Origin: Selenomonadaceae bacterium
Lineage (GTDB): Bacteria > Bacillota > Negativicutes > Selenomonadales > Selenomonadaceae
Direction of reading: 5' to 3'
Assembly (NCBI GenBank): GCA_017476425.1
Contig: JAFUZV010000115.1
Location: forward strand, 17,349-81,348
DNA length: 64,000 nucleotides
Every line of letters begins with the position of its first letter. The first letter of the stretch is position 1. The notes under the pieces were generated by a model. The model did not search any database. It was not told the origin of the DNA and saw nothing but the letters and a program-made list of their open reading frames with translations. The position numbers were made by a program, and so were the translations under genes. This document shows positions 19,946 through 28,290 of the stretch, in pieces.

Positions 19946-20780
19946 AATTAATTCGTTATTTGAAGATGATACAGAAGAAATTTTTAATAATTGTAAAACT
20001 AAAATAATTGAATTTGGCGAAACATTTTCAATAGACACTTGCATTGATAAAATCATTCACGGCGATTGTTTAGAAGTTATGAGAAAAATGCCCGATCATT
20101 GCATTGATATTATAATTACTTCACCGCCATATAATTTGTTTAATTCGACGGGTAACGGCTTGCATAGAAATACTAAAGTCGGCAAATGGAAAAATGCCGC
20201 GATCAAAAACGGTTATGCTGAATATGATGACAATATGCCTTATGATGAATATATTTCTTGGCAGCGTGAATGCGTCACTGAAATGTGCAGGATTATTACA
20301 GACGACGGTGCAATTTTCTACAACAATAAAAATCGTGTACAAGCCGGACTTTTACAAGACAGAGGCGAAATTTTAAAAGGTTTTCCACTTCGACAAATTA
20401 TCACTTGGAAACGTTCCGGCGCAATTAATTTCAATCCCGGTTATTTCTTACCAACGACTGAACAAATTTATTTGATCTGTAACAAAAATTTTAAACTTGC
20501 AAAAGGCGCAAATAAATATACCGACGTTTGGGAAATCAAGCAGAAAATGAAAAATCCACATCCTGCACCTTTTCCCGAAGAACTTACAGATCGGATCGTT
20601 TCAAGCACGACAGGAAAAATCATTCTTGATCCATTCGGCGGTTCAGGTACAACGGCGGTATCTTGCAAAAAGTTCGATAGAAATTTTATTTTGATCGAAA
20701 AATCAATGAGATACTGCGAACTTGCAAAGAATAGAATTGAAGGCAAGGAAGATTGGCGCGATATACAAGATGATTTATGA
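19932..20780 (+). CDS. Site-specific DNA methyltransferase, beta-class amino-MTase (SPPY motif IV; N4-C or N6-A)
   Basis: 282-aa ORF overlapping the livH end by 14 nt. GDCLEVMRKMPDHCIDIIITSPPYNL (motif IV) is N-terminal and ILDPFGGSGTTAV (motif I) is C-terminal, which is the beta-class order. No endonuclease-like neighbour. Confidence 0.8.
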   Translation: MKRFKINSLFEDDTEEIFNNCKTKIIEFGETFSIDTCIDKIIHGDCLEVMRKMPDHCIDIIITSPPYNLFNSTGNGLHRNTKVGKWKNAAIKNGYAEYDDNMPYDEYISWQRECVTEMCRIITDDGAIFYNNKNRVQAGLLQDRGEILKGFPLRQIITWKRSGAINFNPGYFLPTTEQIYLICNKNFKLAKGANKYTDVWEIKQKMKNPHPAPFPEELTDRIVSSTTGKIILDPFGGSGTTAVSCKKFDRNFILIEKSMRYCELAKNRIEGKEDWRDIQDDL

Positions 20781-20826
20781 ATTATTTTAGAAAATTAATT
20801 TAAAACAGATTGGAGGAATTTATTGG

Positions 20827-21774
20827 ATGAACTCAATCAGAAAACGAGATTTTATAATGCTGATCGTCGGACTGATTGTCTTTGCAATATTGCAAGGCTT
20901 GATGAGTGCCGGAGTGATCGGATCGTTTTGGCAGCTGAATTTAATTTTAATCGGAATAAATATCATAATGTCAGCAAGTCTGAATTTGATCAACGGTTAT
21001 ACAGGACAATTTTCACTTGGTCACGCAGGATTTATGGCAGTCGGTGCTTATGTTGGAGTTGTCTGCACGACGAATTTCGGAATGCCGTTGATCGTTGCAT
21101 TGATCGCAGGTGCAGCGGCGGCAGGTCTTTTGGGATTTATGATCGGTCTTCCGACTCTTAGACTTCGTGGCGATTATCTTGCGATCGCAACTTTAGGACT
21201 TGGTGAAATTATTCGTATCGTGATTATGAATATTGAATACGTTGGCGGCGCAGCAGGTTTTAAAGGCATTAAACATTTAACGGACTTCACTTGGGTATTT
21301 TTCATAATGCTTTTTACTCTTTTCTTCATTAAAAATTTTGTCAACTCAACACACGGACGTGCTTGCATTTCGATTCGTGAAAATGAGATCGCCGCTGAGG
21401 CTATGGGTATCAACACGACGAAATATAAAGTAATGGCGTTCACGATCGGCGCAGCTTTCGCAGGTATCGCCGGCGGACTTTTCGCTCATCAATTCTATTT
21501 GATCAGTCCGAATTCATTTACTTTTATGGCTTCGTTCAATTATTTGATTATGGTTGTTTTAGGCGGACTCGGATCGATAACAGGATCAATCGCCGGAGCA
21601 TTCGTCGTTACATTCATTTCAGCGGCACTTGCAGCTTGGCCTGAATTTAGAATGATCATTTATGCACTTGCATTGATCTTGTTGATGTTTTATCGTCCGC
21701 AAGGTCTTTTCGGTTATATGGAAATTACAAATTTAAAACCGATTCGTCAAGTGCTTGATAAAATCAGTCGTTGA
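20827..21774 (+). CDS. livM: Branched-chain amino acid ABC transporter permease LivM
   Basis: 315-aa polytopic ORF. NLINGYTGQFSLGHAGFMAVGAY and LRLRGDYLAIATLGLGEIIR are LivM signatures. Confidence 0.85.
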   Translation: MNSIRKRDFIMLIVGLIVFAILQGLMSAGVIGSFWQLNLILIGINIIMSASLNLINGYTGQFSLGHAGFMAVGAYVGVVCTTNFGMPLIVALIAGAAAAGLLGFMIGLPTLRLRGDYLAIATLGLGEIIRIVIMNIEYVGGAAGFKGIKHLTDFTWVFFIMLFTLFFIKNFVNSTHGRACISIRENEIAAEAMGINTTKYKVMAFTIGAAFAGIAGGLFAHQFYLISPNSFTFMASFNYLIMVVLGGLGSITGSIAGAFVVTFISAALAAWPEFRMIIYALALILLMFYRPQGLFGYMEITNLKPIRQVLDKISR

Positions 21775-21834
21775 TTTTAAATCGTTGATGATAATTATAA
21801 TAGCGATAAAATTTTTAAAGAAAGGATTTTTATA

Positions 21835-22707
21835 ATGAATGTTGATAAATTCTTAATTACACAATACTTGGGGGGGGGGGGGCTTGCATATGAACTTTTG
21901 ACGAGCCGCCGTCTTGAAAATGATAAATGCCTTGAGAAATATGGATTCAAAGTCTATTCACAAAATGATGAAGATGGAATTATTGAAGAAATTTTTAATC
22001 GCATTGGTACGACGAATAAAATTTTCGTTGAGTTCGGAGTTGAAAATGGACTTGAGAGCAACGGTCATTATCTTCTGCATAAAGGCTGGCGTGGATTCTG
22101 GATCGATGGCAGTGAAAAAAATATTCAAGAAATTGCATCAAGATTTTATCCTGCGATCTCAAATAAACAGCTTGTTTTTAAATGTGCCTTCATCACTAAA
22201 GACAATATCAACGATTTAATAAGTAGCGTTGTGAAAGGTGAAATTGATCTTTTAAGCATTGATGTTGACGGTAATGATTATTACATTTGGGAAACAATTA
22301 ACGTTGTCAATCCTAGAGCAGTTGTTATTGAATACAATGCAAAATTTCCGCCTAATCATGAATGGAAAATGGCTTACAACGAAAAACATCATTGGGACGG
22401 CTCCGATTGTTTCGGTGCATCTTTGAAGGCTTTAGAACTTCTTGGTCGAAAACTTGGTTATCAATTAGTTGGAACCAATTTAAATGGTGTAAATGCTTTC
22501 TTTGTTAGAAAAGAATTAGCAGGTGACAAATTCATTCAAGCCGCAACGGCTGAAGAATTATATAATCCATTCAGAACAAAAACTCATAAATTTACAAATG
22601 GGCATCCTCCAGCGTATTTTTTAGATCACCAACTTCCGAATTTAGGTTTGAATAATTATAATCCTGTTGAATATGAGAAAGCGAAGTCAGATTTAAATCA
22701 AAAATAA
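21835..22707 (+). CDS. FkbM-like putative SAM-dependent methyltransferase carrying a 13-G tract at codons 12-16
   Basis: 290-aa ORF. YSQNDEDGIIEEIF and LLSIDVDGNDYYIWE resemble FkbM-type methyltransferase-like proteins (weak recall). The G13 run at 21870-21882 encodes GGGG and is in frame in this sequence. Confidence 0.45.
   Translation: MNVDKFLITQYLGGGGLAYELLTSRRLENDKCLEKYGFKVYSQNDEDGIIEEIFNRIGTTNKIFVEFGVENGLESNGHYLLHKGWRGFWIDGSEKNIQEIASRFYPAISNKQLVFKCAFITKDNINDLISSVVKGEIDLLSIDVDGNDYYIWETINVVNPRAVVIEYNAKFPPNHEWKMAYNEKHHWDGSDCFGASLKALELLGRKLGYQLVGTNLNGVNAFFVRKELAGDKFIQAATAEELYNPFRTKTHKFTNGHPPAYFLDHQLPNLGLNNYNPVEYEKAKSDLNQK
21870..21882 (+). repeat. Homopolymeric G13 tract inside the 5' end of a CDS (candidate slipped-strand phase-variation switch)
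   Basis: Counted directly: G at 21870 plus GGGGGGGGGG at 21871-21880 plus GG at 21881-21882. It is the only long G/C homopolymer I saw in this AT-rich window. Confidence 0.9.
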
Positions 22708-22723
22708 TTTATGGTGAACTTAT

Positions 22724-23437
22724 ATGAAACAAAAAATAATTTTAGATATTCATACTCACACTTATGCAAGCGGTCACGCTTATGGAACGATTCGAGAAAT
22801 GGCTTATGCAGCGAGCATTAAAGGTTTAAAGGCGATCGGTTTCACGGAACACGCTCCGGGCATTCCTGGAACTTGTGATCCGTTTTACTTTTGCAATTTA
22901 AAAGTTATTCCACGTGAAATTTTCGGAGTAAAAATTTTTCACGGCAGCGAGATTAACGTATTAAATGACGGAACTTTATCACTTGATCAAGAATGGATCG
23001 ATCGTCTTGATTATGGAATTGCCGGGATTCACGTACAATGTTATCACGATGAAGGCATTGCAAAGAATACTCAAAATTTAATTTCTTGTATGAAACACCC
23101 GAAAATTTATTTTGTTTCACATCCGGACGACGATCATACACCGCTTGATTACAATCATTTAGTGCTTGCAGCGAAAGAATATCACGTTGCACTTGAAATT
23201 AATAGCAGTTCACTTTTCAAAAAAGATCGGCGACTGAATTGTTACAAGAATTATGAAACAATGTTAAATCTCTGTATGAATTTGCAAGTTCCGATCTTCG
23301 TTGGCTCTGATGCTCATGATCCTTCAGGCGTTGGTGATTTTAAACTTGCTGAAGAATTTTTAACTGAAATGAATTTTGATGAAGATTTGATCATTAACAA
23401 TGATTTTGACAAGTTCGTTAAATTTATAAATTTTTGA
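22724..23437 (+). CDS. PHP-domain phosphatase (YcdX-like)
   Basis: 237-aa ORF. N-terminal LDIHTHTYASGHAYGTIREM and later GSDAHDP match the PHP metal-binding His/Asp pattern. Confidence 0.75.
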   Translation: MKQKIILDIHTHTYASGHAYGTIREMAYAASIKGLKAIGFTEHAPGIPGTCDPFYFCNLKVIPREIFGVKIFHGSEINVLNDGTLSLDQEWIDRLDYGIAGIHVQCYHDEGIAKNTQNLISCMKHPKIYFVSHPDDDHTPLDYNHLVLAAKEYHVALEINSSSLFKKDRRLNCYKNYETMLNLCMNLQVPIFVGSDAHDPSGVGDFKLAEEFLTEMNFDEDLIINNDFDKFVKFINF

Positions 23438-23446
23438 GGTGATCAA

Positions 23447-24220
23447 ATGGCGGAACTTTTAAAAGCTGAAAATGTTTCTGAAGTCTTCGGCGGCTTGAAA
23501 GCTGTTGACGACTTCAATATTTATATCAATCAAGGCGAATTGATTGGACTTATCGGACCGAATGGCGCAGGTAAAACGACGGCATTTAATCTGATAACCG
23601 GCGTTTATCAACCTACGACCGGCGAAATTACTTTTGACGGCAAAAGCCTTGTAGGTTTAAAGCCTTATCAAATTACTCAACGCGGTATTGCAAGGACTTT
23701 TCAAAATATCCGTTTGTTTTCTGAATTGAGTGTTTTAGATAATGTCAAGATTGCTTATCATTGCCACGTTAAATACGGTTTACTTGAATCCGTTTTGAGA
23801 CTCGGAAGATATTTTTCAGAAGAAGATGAGATCGAAGAGGAAAGTTTAAAGTTATTAAAAATTTTTAAACTTGATGAGCATGCAAATGAAGCCGCTAAAA
23901 ATTTGCCTTACGGTGCGCAGAGACGATTAGAGATCGCAAGAGCATTAGCGGCAAAACCAAAATTATTATTGCTTGATGAACCGGCGGCAGGTATGAATCC
24001 ACAAGAAACGAATGAATTAATGGAAATGATCCGCTGGATCAGAAAACAATTCGGCTTGACAGTACTTTTGATCGAACACGATATGAGTTTAGTAATGGGT
24101 ATCTGTGAAAGAATTTATGTTTTGGAATATGGGATTATAATTGCAAGCGGTACGCCGGAAGAAATTCAAAATAATCCTGAAGTTATTCGAGCTTATCTCG
24201 GTGCTGAAACGATCAATTAA
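23447..24220 (+). CDS. livG: Branched-chain amino acid ABC transporter ATP-binding protein LivG
   Basis: 257-aa ORF. FGGLKAVDDF, Walker A GPNGAGKTT, the LivG-specific insert (YHCHVKYGLLESVLRLGRY), LSGG-like YGAQRRLEIARAL and Walker B LLLLDEPAAG. Confidence 0.85.
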   Translation: MAELLKAENVSEVFGGLKAVDDFNIYINQGELIGLIGPNGAGKTTAFNLITGVYQPTTGEITFDGKSLVGLKPYQITQRGIARTFQNIRLFSELSVLDNVKIAYHCHVKYGLLESVLRLGRYFSEEDEIEEESLKLLKIFKLDEHANEAAKNLPYGAQRRLEIARALAAKPKLLLLDEPAAGMNPQETNELMEMIRWIRKQFGLTVLLIEHDMSLVMGICERIYVLEYGIIIASGTPEEIQNNPEVIRAYLGAETIN

Positions 24221-24239
24221 TATCAAAAATTTATTATTG

Positions 24240-24268
24240 AATCTGCTGACGATAGCGGATTTTTTTAT
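24240..24268 (+). terminator. Rho-independent terminator after livG
   Basis: AATCTGCTG (24240-24248), loop ACGA, TAGCGGATT (24253-24261) with two G:U pairs, then TTTTTTTATTT. Confidence 0.6.
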
Positions 24269-24300
24269 TTCAATTTTGATCGAAAATTTCTATAAAATGC

Positions 24301-24326
24301 TTGACAATCGTTTTTTTTTTTATAAT
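24301..24326 (+). promoter_or_regulatory. Promoter candidate for the RiPP-like cassette with a T11 tract in a short (14-nt) spacer
   Basis: Perfect TTGACA (24301-24306) and perfect TATAAT (24321-24326). The spacer ATCG+T10 is only 14 nt, and the T run spans 24311-24321. Confidence 0.4.
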
Positions 24327-24384
24327 GTTTTAAACTTTTTTAGCGTTTATTAATTGTTTATAAAATGAAGGTGGTTGTTGTATT

Positions 24385-24567
24385 ATGAAGAAAAAATATT
24401 CAGTGCCGAAAGTGATCAATATGCCGCAGGAAATTCAAAGTGGTGTTCCTGGAGCACTTTTAGGTGCAGCATATATGATTGGTCGTGCAGTTACAGCAGC
24501 AGTAAAAGGACACATTGATTTAAAAGCCGGTATGAACGAACCAAAAACTTTGCAGAGTAGGAAATAA
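24385..24567 (+). CDS. Candidate RiPP precursor peptide (60 aa, no Cys/Trp/Phe)
   Basis: GAAGGTGG SD 10 nt upstream. The stop lies 3 nt before the PqqD-like gene. Sequence: MKKKYSVPKVINMPQEIQSGVPGALLGAAYMIGRAVTAAVKGHIDLKAGMNEPKTLQSRK. Confidence 0.5.
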   Translation: MKKKYSVPKVINMPQEIQSGVPGALLGAAYMIGRAVTAAVKGHIDLKAGMNEPKTLQSRK

Positions 24568-24570
24568 ATT

Positions 24571-24882
24571 ATGTATAGAGATTTAGAAAGTTATTCAATC
24601 GTGAAAAATATTTTGCTTGAATCAGTGCCTAAAATTGAAGCGTTGAAATTTCGCACGGAAGGTGAAATTTTAATTGTCGTCAGTCGTGAAAAAAAACTTT
24701 TCTTTTTGAATGAAGTTGCAAAAGATTTTTTACTTCTTTGCAATGGTCAACGTACACTTGCAAAAATTATTGATGCGTTTATTGAAATTTATGACGTTGA
24801 AAAAGATCAGTTGACTAACGATTTGATCGATACAATTCAAGATTTGCAGTACAAGAGAATTTTGCGTGTGGAGGCGGCGTAA
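24571..24882 (+). CDS. PqqD-family peptide chaperone (RiPP recognition element)
   Basis: 103-aa ORF. FFLNEVAKDFLLLCNGQRTLAKIIDAFIEIYDVEKDQLTNDLIDTIQDLQYKRIL follows the PqqD/RRE consensus layout. Confidence 0.65.
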   Translation: MYRDLESYSIVKNILLESVPKIEALKFRTEGEILIVVSREKKLFFLNEVAKDFLLLCNGQRTLAKIIDAFIEIYDVEKDQLTNDLIDTIQDLQYKRILRVEAA

Positions 24883-24884
24883 AT

Positions 24885-25922
24885 ATGGACGAGATTGAAA
24901 AGCGTTTGAAACGTGAAGCGGCAAGTACTGCAAAAATTGACGAAGACCGAAACCGTTTGATAGCTGAAGGTAGTTATCCTGAAAAATTCAGTTTTCCGAT
25001 CGCTATGCAGTTTGAGGTTACTTCTAAATGTAATTTGCGTTGCAAGCACTGCTATAATCGTTCGGGCAATTCCAATGTTGCTGATACTGTGACCGGCGAT
25101 GATTGGATCAATTTTTCAAAAAAGTTAGTTGAAAAAGGCGGCTTATTTGAAACGACATTTTCCGGCGGTGAGCCATTACTTTTAGGCGATAAACTTTTTG
25201 AAATTATGGACGTACTTTATAAAGATGGTACAATTTTTAATCTCATATCGAATGGATATCTTTTCGACAAAAAGATTCTCGATAAATTAAAAAAATATCG
25301 TTTCTACTGGATTCAAATTTCACTTGATAGTTGTAATTCAAAAAGTCACGATGAATTTAGAGGCGTTAAAGGTAGTTGGGAACGTGCAACAAAGGCAGCT
25401 TATAGAATTGCATTGTCAGGAATACCGCTTAGAATTGCCTCAACTGTCACTCCGTCAGAGTTGGAAAATTTGGAGAAAATGGTGCAAACAGCGATCAATC
25501 TTGGAGCGTCATATTTGGTTATTGGTGAAGTTATGCCTAGTGGTCGTGCTTTTGACAATGAAGAAATTTTTTTGTCACGGGAGCAACTCAATCAATTTTA
25601 TTTAACTACTGACGAAATCATTAAACGTTATAAAAATCAGTTGACAATTTTAGTTAGCTCGACAACTCGCACACAGTTGAATTATTCTTCTTCTGAAAAA
25701 CTTGATGGTGCAGTTGTTCGACCGAATGGTGATGTTCGTTTAGATTGCACTTGTCCATTCGTCATAGGTAATATTTTGCGTGACGATGTAGAGGAAATTT
25801 GGGCGAAGTATTTTAATTGCTGGCAGAATCCACTTGTTAAGAAATTTATTGAATCTTGTGATCCTATAAGTGGAAAAAATTCTTTTGCTGAAAATTATAA
25901 CGGCGAGGATATTTATTTATAA
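24885..25922 (+). CDS. Radical SAM enzyme with reduced SPASM/twitch-like C-terminal domain (peptide maturase candidate)
   Basis: 345-aa ORF with GGAGGCGG SD. CNLRCKHCYN (Cx3Cx2C) and GGEPLL. The C-terminal part has NGDVRLDCTCPF plus only three further Cys (SLDSC, FNCW, ESCD). No Cx2Cx5Cx3C block is visible. Confidence 0.8.
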   Translation: MDEIEKRLKREAASTAKIDEDRNRLIAEGSYPEKFSFPIAMQFEVTSKCNLRCKHCYNRSGNSNVADTVTGDDWINFSKKLVEKGGLFETTFSGGEPLLLGDKLFEIMDVLYKDGTIFNLISNGYLFDKKILDKLKKYRFYWIQISLDSCNSKSHDEFRGVKGSWERATKAAYRIALSGIPLRIASTVTPSELENLEKMVQTAINLGASYLVIGEVMPSGRAFDNEEIFLSREQLNQFYLTTDEIIKRYKNQLTILVSSTTRTQLNYSSSEKLDGAVVRPNGDVRLDCTCPFVIGNILRDDVEEIWAKYFNCWQNPLVKKFIESCDPISGKNSFAENYNGEDIYL

Positions 25923-25931
25923 TATTTTTTT

Positions 25932-25964
25932 AAACGACGATAAAAAATATCGGCGTTTTTTTTT
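25932..25964 (+). terminator. Rho-independent terminator after the radical SAM gene
   Basis: AAACGACGATA / TATCGGCGTTT stem (one mismatch) with loop AAAAA, followed by a T-run to 25964. Confidence 0.65.
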
Positions 25965-26080
25965 GCAAAAAAAGTTTATAAAAAATTTAAATTTCGTTAA
26001 AAGAATTATAATAATATTTTTGTAAAATGTCTTATAATTGTAAAATGAATCCTGTACTTGTTAGAATGGTTGTGGTTTCT

Positions 26081-27550
26081 ATGACAATAAAGAAACGACT
26101 ATTACTTTCACATGTAACGGTATTCATCGTGCCTATAATAATGACCTTAATGGTAATATTAGTCTCAACAATAGGACTACTACTCTTTGCAAGAAGTGGC
26201 AATCACATATACATAGAAAGTAGCATAGAATTTCAACACGCCTGCGAAGCAATTCATCATATAGTCTTCAGACATATCAAAGAGAATGAAGAAAATGATT
26301 TAGAATATTGGCTGATAGGATTGCTTGCACCGGAACAAAATTATATACTCTTTCAAAAAGGTAATGAAACGATCTACAGTTACGGAAATTCAACTTTAGC
26401 AACACGAGGTCAACAAGAATTTGAACATAATAAGCATAATTATGAAAAGTTTGGCAGGGATTTCACTGACATAAATACTTTGGAAGATGATTTTGTATGT
26501 ATTGAAAAGCAAGTTATTGATAATCAATCTTATTGGTTGTACTTTGTAAGCGAAAAGTCTTCCTATAATAAAGATGAAGAATTAGAACGTGCAATAGAAC
26601 GTACAGGGTATTTTACAATTATTTCTTTAATGGCATTTGTTTTTTTGACAAGTTTATTTTTGTCAAGATACTTATTGCGAAATATTTTATCGCCTCTGCA
26701 TAAACTTAGACGCGGCGCAGAAAATATTCGTGAAGGTGAATTAGAATTACGATTAGAACACAATTCAGAGGATGAGATAAAACCTGTAATTGAAGCATTT
26801 AACCTAATGGCGCAAAGATTATTAGAATCTATGCAAGAACGAAAACGTGAGGAAAATAGTAGAAAAGAATTAGTTGCAAGTATTTCACACGATCTAAGGA
26901 CTCCACTGACAACAATTAAAGCATATATTGAAGGCTTGATTGACGGCGTGGCAGATTCACCGGCAAAACGTGACAGATATTTAAAAGTCATTAAAAAGAA
27001 TGCTGACGAATTAAATAATATGATCGAAGAACTATTTCTGTTTTCAAAAATTGCACTCGGTCAAAAAGCAATTCCATTAGAACCGATCGATCTTAAAAAA
27101 ATGCTTGAATTTTTCGTATCAGAAAATAATTATGCTTGGAAGAAAGCCGGAGCGACAGTTACATTAAAGGCTGAAGAACATATTATTATTATGGGTAGTT
27201 ACTTACTTCTTGAAAGAACGCTTTCAAATATCATAGGCAATAGCATTAAGTATAAGCCGGAATATGAAATTGACTGCTATATAAAATTAGTCGGTCAAGA
27301 TAAAATTGCGATCTTAAGCATAGCTGATAACGGATCAGGCGTGCCGGAAGAATCATTAAAGCGTTTAGTTGAACCGTTTTACAGGACTGACAAGGCAAGA
27401 AGTCGCACTGAAGACGGAACCGGCTTAGGACTTTCGATAGCGTTTAGAGCAATTGAAATGATGAAAGGAGAAATGAGAATAGAGAATGTAAAACCGCACG
27501 GTTTGATAGTGATTATTGAATTACCTATTTTTCAACAGGAAGAAGGTTAA
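26081..27550 (+). CDS. Sensor histidine kinase (2 TM + extracytoplasmic loop, HAMP, HisKA, HATPase_c)
   Basis: H-box ELVASISHDLRTPLTTI, N-box NIIGNSIKY and G-boxes DNGSGVP / GTGLGLSIA. I prefer the Met at 26081 (MTIKKRLLL..) because the ORF-track extension from 26027 overlaps a promoter-like block. Confidence 0.85.
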   Translation: MTIKKRLLLSHVTVFIVPIIMTLMVILVSTIGLLLFARSGNHIYIESSIEFQHACEAIHHIVFRHIKENEENDLEYWLIGLLAPEQNYILFQKGNETIYSYGNSTLATRGQQEFEHNKHNYEKFGRDFTDINTLEDDFVCIEKQVIDNQSYWLYFVSEKSSYNKDEELERAIERTGYFTIISLMAFVFLTSLFLSRYLLRNILSPLHKLRRGAENIREGELELRLEHNSEDEIKPVIEAFNLMAQRLLESMQERKREENSRKELVASISHDLRTPLTTIKAYIEGLIDGVADSPAKRDRYLKVIKKNADELNNMIEELFLFSKIALGQKAIPLEPIDLKKMLEFFVSENNYAWKKAGATVTLKAEEHIIIMGSYLLLERTLSNIIGNSIKYKPEYEIDCYIKLVGQDKIAILSIADNGSGVPEESLKRLVEPFYRTDKARSRTEDGTGLGLSIAFRAIEMMKGEMRIENVKPHGLIVIIELPIFQQEEG

Positions 27551-27555
27551 GGGCT

Positions 27556-28248
27556 ATGTGTCAAAAAATATTGATCATTGAAGATGATGCAGACATTTCG
27601 GCAATAGAAAGAGATTATTTAGAAATTAACGGCTATGAAACAGTAATAGCAGAAACCGGACCTGACGGAATGAAAGAAGCACTGACTGAAAATTATGATC
27701 TAATAATACTTGACATAATGTTGCCCGGTATGGATGGCTTTGAAGTTTGTCGAAATATTAGAGACAGACTAGATATACCGATAATGATGGTGACGGCTCG
27801 AAATACTGACGTTGACAAGATCAGAGGCTTAGGTTTTGGTGCTGATGATTATATGGAAAAGCCATTTTCGCCGAGTGTCCTGGTTGCAAAAATTAAAGCT
27901 CAGCTTGCACAATATAACCGTTTAAAAAATCCGGCAAACAGCGAGACTCAAAAATTAATGATCGGAAATATTACTTTAGAAGCAGATAAACATAGAGTTT
28001 TTGTCGGACAGATTGAAAAAGTTTTGCCTAACAAAGAATTTCAACTGCTTGAATTTCTAATGTCAAATCCTGATGTTGTTTTTAATCGTGAAACTTTGTA
28101 CGAAAGAATTTGGGGAATGGATTCAATGGGCAATACTTCAACAATTCCGGTACACATTAACAGATTACGCGAAGCGATCGAAGAAGAACCGACTAATCCA
28201 AAACATTTAATAACTGTTTGGGGCGTTGGTTATAAATTCAGACCTTGA
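27556..28248 (+). CDS. OmpR/PhoB-family response regulator
   Basis: 230-aa ORF. Receiver domain (ILIIEDD.., DLIILDIMLPGMDG, KPF) and winged-helix C-terminus (LTVWGVGYKFRP). Confidence 0.9.
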   Translation: MCQKILIIEDDADISAIERDYLEINGYETVIAETGPDGMKEALTENYDLIILDIMLPGMDGFEVCRNIRDRLDIPIMMVTARNTDVDKIRGLGFGADDYMEKPFSPSVLVAKIKAQLAQYNRLKNPANSETQKLMIGNITLEADKHRVFVGQIEKVLPNKEFQLLEFLMSNPDVVFNRETLYERIWGMDSMGNTSTIPVHINRLREAIEEEPTNPKHLITVWGVGYKFRP

Positions 28249-28260
28249 AAAAAATTTTTT

Positions 28261-28290
28261 AAGCGATCAAAAAAAGATCGCTTATTTTTT
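28261..28290 (+). terminator. Rho-independent terminator after the two-component operon
   Basis: Perfect 8-bp stem AAGCGATC / GATCGCTT with loop AAAAAAA, followed by ATTTTTT. Confidence 0.8.

Noticed and set aside
20823-21161. 112-aa ORF overlapping the start of livM in another frame
   Set aside because: The Arg/Cys-rich translation has no recognisable features, whereas the alternative frame gives a canonical LivM.
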